Shown one piece after another: positions 24,715-29,237 of a stretch of DNA of 29,237 nt. Within the stretch, counting starts at the first letter, position 1, and every line of letters begins with the position of its first letter. A model generated the notes under the pieces. That model had not been told where the DNA came from. It saw only the letters and a program-made list of their open reading frames with translations, and searched no databases. Source of the DNA: Escherichia phage pro483; sequence record NC_028943.1; one strand, 5' to 3'. A program made the translations under genes and the position numbers.

Positions 24715-27154
24715 CAATGTAAAATTACAGGTATTGCTCAGGGCTGTTGACCAGGCATCACGCCCGTTTAAATCCATCCGTACAGCGAGCAAATCGCTGT
24801 CGGGGGATATCCGGGAAACACAAAAATCACTGCGCGAGCTGAACGGTCAGACATCCCGTATTGAGGGATTTCGCAAGACCAGTGCACAGCTCGCCGTGAC
24901 TGGTCATGCACTTGAAAAGGCTCGGCAGGAAGCAGAAGCCCTTGCCACACAGTTTAAAAACACCGAACGTCCGACCCGTGCTCAGGCGAAAGTGCTGGAA
25001 TCAGCAAAGCGAGCGGCGGAGGACTTACAGGCGAAATATAACCGCCTGACGGATTCCGTTAAACGCCAGCAGCGGGAACTGGCCGCTGTGGGAATTAATA
25101 CCCGCAATCTTGCACATGATGAGCAGGGACTGAAAAACCGTATCAGTGAAACCACCGCACAGCTTAACCGGCAGCGCGACGCGCTGGCGCGTGTCAGTGC
25201 GCAACAGGCAAAACTTAACGCAGTCAAACAGCGTTATCAGGCCGGAAAGGAACTGGCCGGAAATATGGCCTCAGTAGGCGCTGCCGGTGTGGGGATTGCG
25301 GCGGCGGGAACGATGACCGGAGTTAAGTTGCTGATGCCCGGTTATGAGTTTGCGCAGAAAAACTCAGAATTGCAGGCCGTGCTCGGAGTGGCAAAAGACT
25401 CCGCCGAAATGACCGCACTACGCAAACAGGCGCGCCAGCTCGGCGACAATACCGCCGCCTCGGCGGATGATGCGGCCGGTGCACAGATAATCATCGCGAA
25501 AGCGGGTGGAGATGCTGCGGCTATTCAGGCGGCAACGCCGGTCACGCTGAATATGGCACTGGCGAATCAGCGGTCGATGGAAGAAAACGCGCAACTGTTG
25601 CTGGGGACTAAGGCATCCTTTCAACTGTCAAATGATGATGTCAGCCATGTGGGCGACGTGTTGTCGGCAACGATGAATAAGTCGGCGGCTGATTTTCAGG
25701 GGCTCAGTGATGCACTGACTTACCTCGGGCCGGTTGCGAGGACGGCGGGTGTAAGTCTTGAGCAGGCAGCGGCCATGACAGGTGTGCTGCATGACAATAA
25801 CATCAGGGGGTCAATGGCGGGTACTGGTAGTAGTGCCGTTGTCACCCGATTACAGGCTCCGACAGGGAAAGCATGGGAAGCACTCAAAGAGCTTGGCGTT
25901 AAAACCTCGGACAAAAAGGGAAATATGCGTCCGTTGTTCACCATTCTGAAAGAGATTCAGGCCAGCTTTGATAAACACAAGCTGGGAACGTCTCAGAAGG
26001 GGGAATACCTTAAAACCATTTTTGGTGAGGAAGCCCTGAAATCAGCGAACGTTTTACTGGCAGCGGCTGCAAGCGGAAAACTGGATAAGCTGACCGCCAC
26101 GCTGAAAGCCTCGGACGGTAAAACGGAAGAGCTGGTTAAAATCATGCAGGATAACCTCGGCGGTGACTTTAAGGAGTTTCAGTCTGCTTATGAGGCGGTG
26201 GGGACTGACCTGTTTGACCAACAGGAAGGCGCACTGCGTAATCTCACGCAGACGGCCACAAAGTATGTGTTAAAACTCGACGGCTGGATCCAGAAAAACA
26301 AATCACTGGCGTCAACCATCGGCCTTATTGTCGGTGGCGCACTGGCGCTTATTGGCATCATCGGTGCAATTGGTCTTGTAGCCTGGCCGGTTATCACCGG
26401 CATTAATGCCATCATCGCGGCAGCAGGCGCAATGGGGGCAATCTTCACGACGGTTGGCAGTGCTGTTATGACGGCCATCGGGGCGATTAGCTGGCCGATT
26501 GTGGCTGTGGTGGCCGCCATTGTCGCCGGGGCGTTGCTTATCCGTAAATACTGGGAGCCTGTCAGCGCATTCTTTGGTGGTGTGGTTGAAGGGCTGAAAG
26601 CAGCATTTGCGCCGGTGGGGGAGCTGTTCTCGCCACTGAAACCGGTGTTTGACTGGCTGGGCGAAAAGTTACAGGCCGCGTGGCAGTGGTTTAAAAACCT
26701 GATTGCCCCGGTCAAAGCCACCCAGGACACCCTGAACCGTTGCCGTGATACTGGCGTCATGTTCGGGCAGGCACTGGCTGACGCGCTGATGCTGCCGCTT
26801 AATGCGTTCAACAAACTGCGCAGCGGTATTGACTGGGTACTGGAAAAACTCGGCGTCATCAACAAAGAGTCTGACGCACTTGACCAGACTGCCGCCAGAA
26901 CTCATGCCGCCACGTATGGCACAGGTGGTTATATTCCGGCGACCAGCTCTTATGCAGGCTATCAGGCTTACCAGCCGGTCACGGCACCGGCTGGTCGCTC
27001 TTATGTGGACCAGAGTAAAAACGAATATCACATCAACCTGACGGGCGGTACTGCGCCGGGGACACAGCTTGACCGCCAGTTACAGGATGCGCTCGAAAAA
27101 TACGAGCGGGATAAACGTGCGCGCGCCCGTGCCAGCATGATGCATGACGGTTAA
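24707..27154 (+). CDS. T: Tail tape-measure protein T
   Basis: 815 aa, same as P2 T; Ala/Gly-rich hydrophobic central region typical of tape-measure proteins. Confidence 0.92.
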   Translation: MSNNVKLQVLLRAVDQASRPFKSIRTASKSLSGDIRETQKSLRELNGQTSRIEGFRKTSAQLAVTGHALEKARQEAEALATQFKNTERPTRAQAKVLESAKRAAEDLQAKYNRLTDSVKRQQRELAAVGINTRNLAHDEQGLKNRISETTAQLNRQRDALARVSAQQAKLNAVKQRYQAGKELAGNMASVGAAGVGIAAAGTMTGVKLLMPGYEFAQKNSELQAVLGVAKDSAEMTALRKQARQLGDNTAASADDAAGAQIIIAKAGGDAAAIQAATPVTLNMALANQRSMEENAQLLLGTKASFQLSNDDVSHVGDVLSATMNKSAADFQGLSDALTYLGPVARTAGVSLEQAAAMTGVLHDNNIRGSMAGTGSSAVVTRLQAPTGKAWEALKELGVKTSDKKGNMRPLFTILKEIQASFDKHKLGTSQKGEYLKTIFGEEALKSANVLLAAAASGKLDKLTATLKASDGKTEELVKIMQDNLGGDFKEFQSAYEAVGTDLFDQQEGALRNLTQTATKYVLKLDGWIQKNKSLASTIGLIVGGALALIGIIGAIGLVAWPVITGINAIIAAAGAMGAIFTTVGSAVMTAIGAISWPIVAVVAAIVAGALLIRKYWEPVSAFFGGVVEGLKAAFAPVGELFSPLKPVFDWLGEKLQAAWQWFKNLIAPVKATQDTLNRCRDTGVMFGQALADALMLPLNAFNKLRSGIDWVLEKLGVINKESDALDQTAARTHAATYGTGGYIPATSSYAGYQAYQPVTAPAGRSYVDQSKNEYHINLTGGTAPGTQLDRQLQDALEKYERDKRARARASMMHDG

Positions 27155-27168
27155 GGAGGTAACGAAAA

Positions 27169-27648
27169 ATGATGCTCGCGTTAGGTATGTTTGTTTTTAT
27201 GCGCCAGACGCTGCCACACCAGACCATGCAGCGTGAATCAGATTATCGCTGGCCGTCAAATTCCCGTATCGGCAAACGGGATGCCTTTCAGTTTCTCGGT
27301 GCGGGTGAGGAAAACATCACGCTTGCCGGTGTGCTTTATCCTGAACTGACCGGCGGAAAGCTGACGATGACCACGCTCAGACTGATGGCAGAGGAAGGCC
27401 GGGCGTGGCCGTTGCTGGATGGCACCGGCATGATTTACGGCATGTATGTCATCAGCAAGGTGAGTGAAACAGGGAGTATTTTCTTTGCAGACGGCACACC
27501 CCGGAAAATTGATTTTACGCTGTCGCTCACCCGCGTTGATGAATCACTGGCCGCGCTTTATGGCGATATCGGTAAACAGGCGGAATCGCTCATCGGTAAG
27601 GCTGGCAGTATGGCGACTAAATTCACGGATATGACGGGGGCGGGATAA
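27169..27648 (+). CDS. U: Tail protein U
   Basis: 159 aa, same as P2 U; AAGGAGGT Shine-Dalgarno. Confidence 0.9.
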   Translation: MMLALGMFVFMRQTLPHQTMQRESDYRWPSNSRIGKRDAFQFLGAGEENITLAGVLYPELTGGKLTMTTLRLMAEEGRAWPLLDGTGMIYGMYVISKVSETGSIFFADGTPRKIDFTLSLTRVDESLAALYGDIGKQAESLIGKAGSMATKFTDMTGAG

Positions 27649-28811
27649 TGCTGGATGCACTGACATTTGATGCAGGCAGTACGCTGACGCCGGATTACAT
27701 GCTGATGCTCGACAGCAGGGATATTACCGGCAATATCAGCGACCGTCTGATGAGTATGACCCTGACGGATAACCGGGGCTTTGAGGCTGACCAGCTTGAT
27801 ATTGAACTGAACGATGCCGACGGGCAGGTCGGGCTGCCGGTTCGTGGCGCTGTCCTGACGGTGTATATCGGCTGGAAAGGTTTTGCCCTGGTATGCAAAG
27901 GGAAATTTACCGTTGATGAGGTTGAACACCGGGGCGCACCGGATGTGGTCACCATCCGCGCCCGGAGTGCAGATTTTCGCGGGACGCTCAATTCCCGCCG
28001 GGAAGGCTCCTGGCATGACACCACGCTCGGTGCGATTGTTGAGGCGATAGCCACCCGTAACAGGCTGGAAGCCAGTGTCGCTCCGTCACTGGCCGGAATT
28101 AAAATCCCGCACATCGACCAGTCGCAGGAGTCCGATGTGAAATTCCTGACCCGTCTTGCTGAACGCAACGGCGGCGAGGTGTCGGTAAAAATGGGAAAAC
28201 TGCTGTTTCTCAAAGCGGGGCAGGGGGTGACGGCCAGCGGTAAAAAAATCCCGCAGATCACCATCACCCGCAGCGACGGTGACCGTCATCATTTTGCGAT
28301 TGCTGACCGTGGAGCCTATACCGGCGTAACGGCAAAGTGGCTTCACACCAAAGACCCGAAGCCGCAAAAGCAGAAGGTAAAACTGAAACGCAAAAAGAAA
28401 GAGAAACACCTGCGCGCACTGGAGCACCCGAAAGCGAAACCAGTCACGCAGAAGAAAGCGCCAAAAGTACCGGAAGCGCGCGAAGGTGAATACATGGCCG
28501 GTGAGGCTGACAACGTTTTTGCCCTGACCACGGTATATGCCACGAAAGCGCAGGCCATGCGCGCCGCTCAGGCGAAGTGGGATAAGCTGCAACGGGGCGT
28601 GGCGGAGTTCTCCATCAGCCTGGCTACCGGTCGGGCAGATATTTACACGGAAACACCGGTCAAAGTGTCAGGCTTTAAGCGCGTCATAGACGAGCAGGAC
28701 TGGACAATCACTAAGGTGACACATTTTCTGAATAATAGCGGCTTCACGACGTCCTTAGAGCTTGAGGTCAGGCTTTCTGATGTGGAGTACGAAACAGAAG
28801 ATGATGAATGA
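27648..28811 (+). CDS. D: Tail protein D (baseplate hub / late gene D)
   Basis: 387 aa, same as P2 D; ATGA-type overlap with U. Confidence 0.9.
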   Translation: MLDALTFDAGSTLTPDYMLMLDSRDITGNISDRLMSMTLTDNRGFEADQLDIELNDADGQVGLPVRGAVLTVYIGWKGFALVCKGKFTVDEVEHRGAPDVVTIRARSADFRGTLNSRREGSWHDTTLGAIVEAIATRNRLEASVAPSLAGIKIPHIDQSQESDVKFLTRLAERNGGEVSVKMGKLLFLKAGQGVTASGKKIPQITITRSDGDRHHFAIADRGAYTGVTAKWLHTKDPKPQKQKVKLKRKKKEKHLRALEHPKAKPVTQKKAPKVPEAREGEYMAGEADNVFALTTVYATKAQAMRAAQAKWDKLQRGVAEFSISLATGRADIYTETPVKVSGFKRVIDEQDWTITKVTHFLNNSGFTTSLELEVRLSDVEYETEDDE

Positions 28812-28829
28812 TGTTTTTATTTTATCTAT

Positions 28830-28859
28830 TTGTTTTATAAGGATAAATTAACTAGAATG
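28830..28859 (+). promoter_or_regulatory. Candidate sigma70 promoter for ogr
   Basis: TTGTTT (28830-28835) - 18 bp - TAGAAT (28854-28859) in the AT-rich region upstream of ogr. Confidence 0.4.
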
Positions 28860-28892
28860 GCACCATCAACAAAACCGGAAGAGGTGCTCGCG

Positions 28893-29111
28893 ATGTTTCA
28901 TTGTCCTTTATGCCAGCATGCCGCACATGCGCGTACAAGCCGCTATATCACTGACACGACAAAAGAGCGTTATCACCAGTGTCAGAACGTGAATTGCAGC
29001 GCCACGTTCATCACTTATGAGTCGGTACAGCGATACATCGTGAAACCGGGAGAAGTCCACGCCGTAAGGCCGCACCCGTTGCCGTCAGGGCAGCAAATTA
29101 TGTGGATGTAA
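28893..29111 (+). CDS. ogr: Late gene transcriptional activator Ogr (zinc-finger)
   Basis: 72 aa from ATG 28893 (MFHCPLCQHAAHARTSRYITD...), matching the remembered P2 Ogr essentially throughout; the ORF track starts at an upstream TTG. Confidence 0.92.
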   Translation: MFHCPLCQHAAHARTSRYITDTTKERYHQCQNVNCSATFITYESVQRYIVKPGEVHAVRPHPLPSGQQIMWM

Positions 29112-29122
29112 TTACAAACAGA

Positions 29123-29149
29123 AAGCCCCTCAGTCGAGGGGCTTTTTTT
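29123..29149 (+). terminator. Rho-independent terminator after ogr
   Basis: GCCCCTC-agtc-GAGGGGC hairpin (29125-29142) followed by TTTTTTT (29143-29149). Confidence 0.85.
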
Positions 29150-29224
29150 GTCGATGTGGTCAATGTGTGGACGTGACCAGAAATAAATCCTTTTATTTCA
29201 TACAATTAGATATCAAAAAATGTC

Positions 29225-29237
29225 ACCAATAACTGAC
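29225..29237. repeat. attR: Right copy of terminal direct repeat (putative attR core), accaataactgac
   Basis: Exact match to positions 1-13. Confidence 0.6.

Larger units (their letters stand above)
1..29237. mobile_element. P2-like (Peduovirus-type) prophage, apparently complete, in prophage permutation (att-int ... ogr-att) with internal cos
   Basis: Full P2 gene order recovered; many products match remembered P2 proteins in sequence and length (B 166 aa, N 357, M 247, FI 396, FII 172, T 815, U 159, D 387, Ogr 72); identical 13-mer at both window ends. Confidence 0.9.

Noticed and set aside
26188-26865. 225-aa minus-strand ORF, Ala/Pro/Ser-rich
   Set aside because: Lies entirely antisense inside the tape-measure gene T; low-complexity mirror ORF typical of GC-rich, Ala-rich coding DNA; no start context.
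27695-28592. Minus-strand ORFs of 190 and 168 aa
   Set aside because: Antisense within the tail gene D; arginine/serine-rich low-complexity translations.
1-29237. tRNA, rRNA or CRISPR array anywhere in the window
   Set aside because: No cloverleaf-like conserved tRNA elements, rRNA-like stretches or regularly spaced direct repeats seen; the window is fully accounted for by phage genes.

Overview
The window is a complete P2-like (Peduovirus-type) temperate prophage of about 29.2 kb, bounded by a 13-bp direct repeat (accaataactgac) at both termini. Gene order matches prophage-permuted P2: attL, int, C repressor, cox, B, four small ORFs, A, a cargo gene, cos, Q and P on the minus strand, then O-N-M-L-X, the lysis cassette (Y, K, lysA, lysB with embedded lysC), R-S-V-W-J-I-H-G, FI-FII-E/E'-T-U-D, ogr and attR. 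Three things depart from canonical P2. (1) The slot between gene A and cos, where P2 carries tin/old, holds a single AT-rich gene whose product looks like a DUF4238-type protein; this is the best candidate for an anti-phage defence cargo and the main lead. (2) The tail-fibre region carries a Gin/Pin/Hin-type serine invertase and a roughly 1.9-kb invertible segment flanked by inverted 26-bp gix/hix-like sites inside H, with alternative fibre C-termini and assembly chaperones on opposite strands. (3) Gene A is shorter than I remember for P2 and ends at the cargo junction. All calls come from reading the sequence and from remembered P2 protein sequences and lengths; no searches were run.
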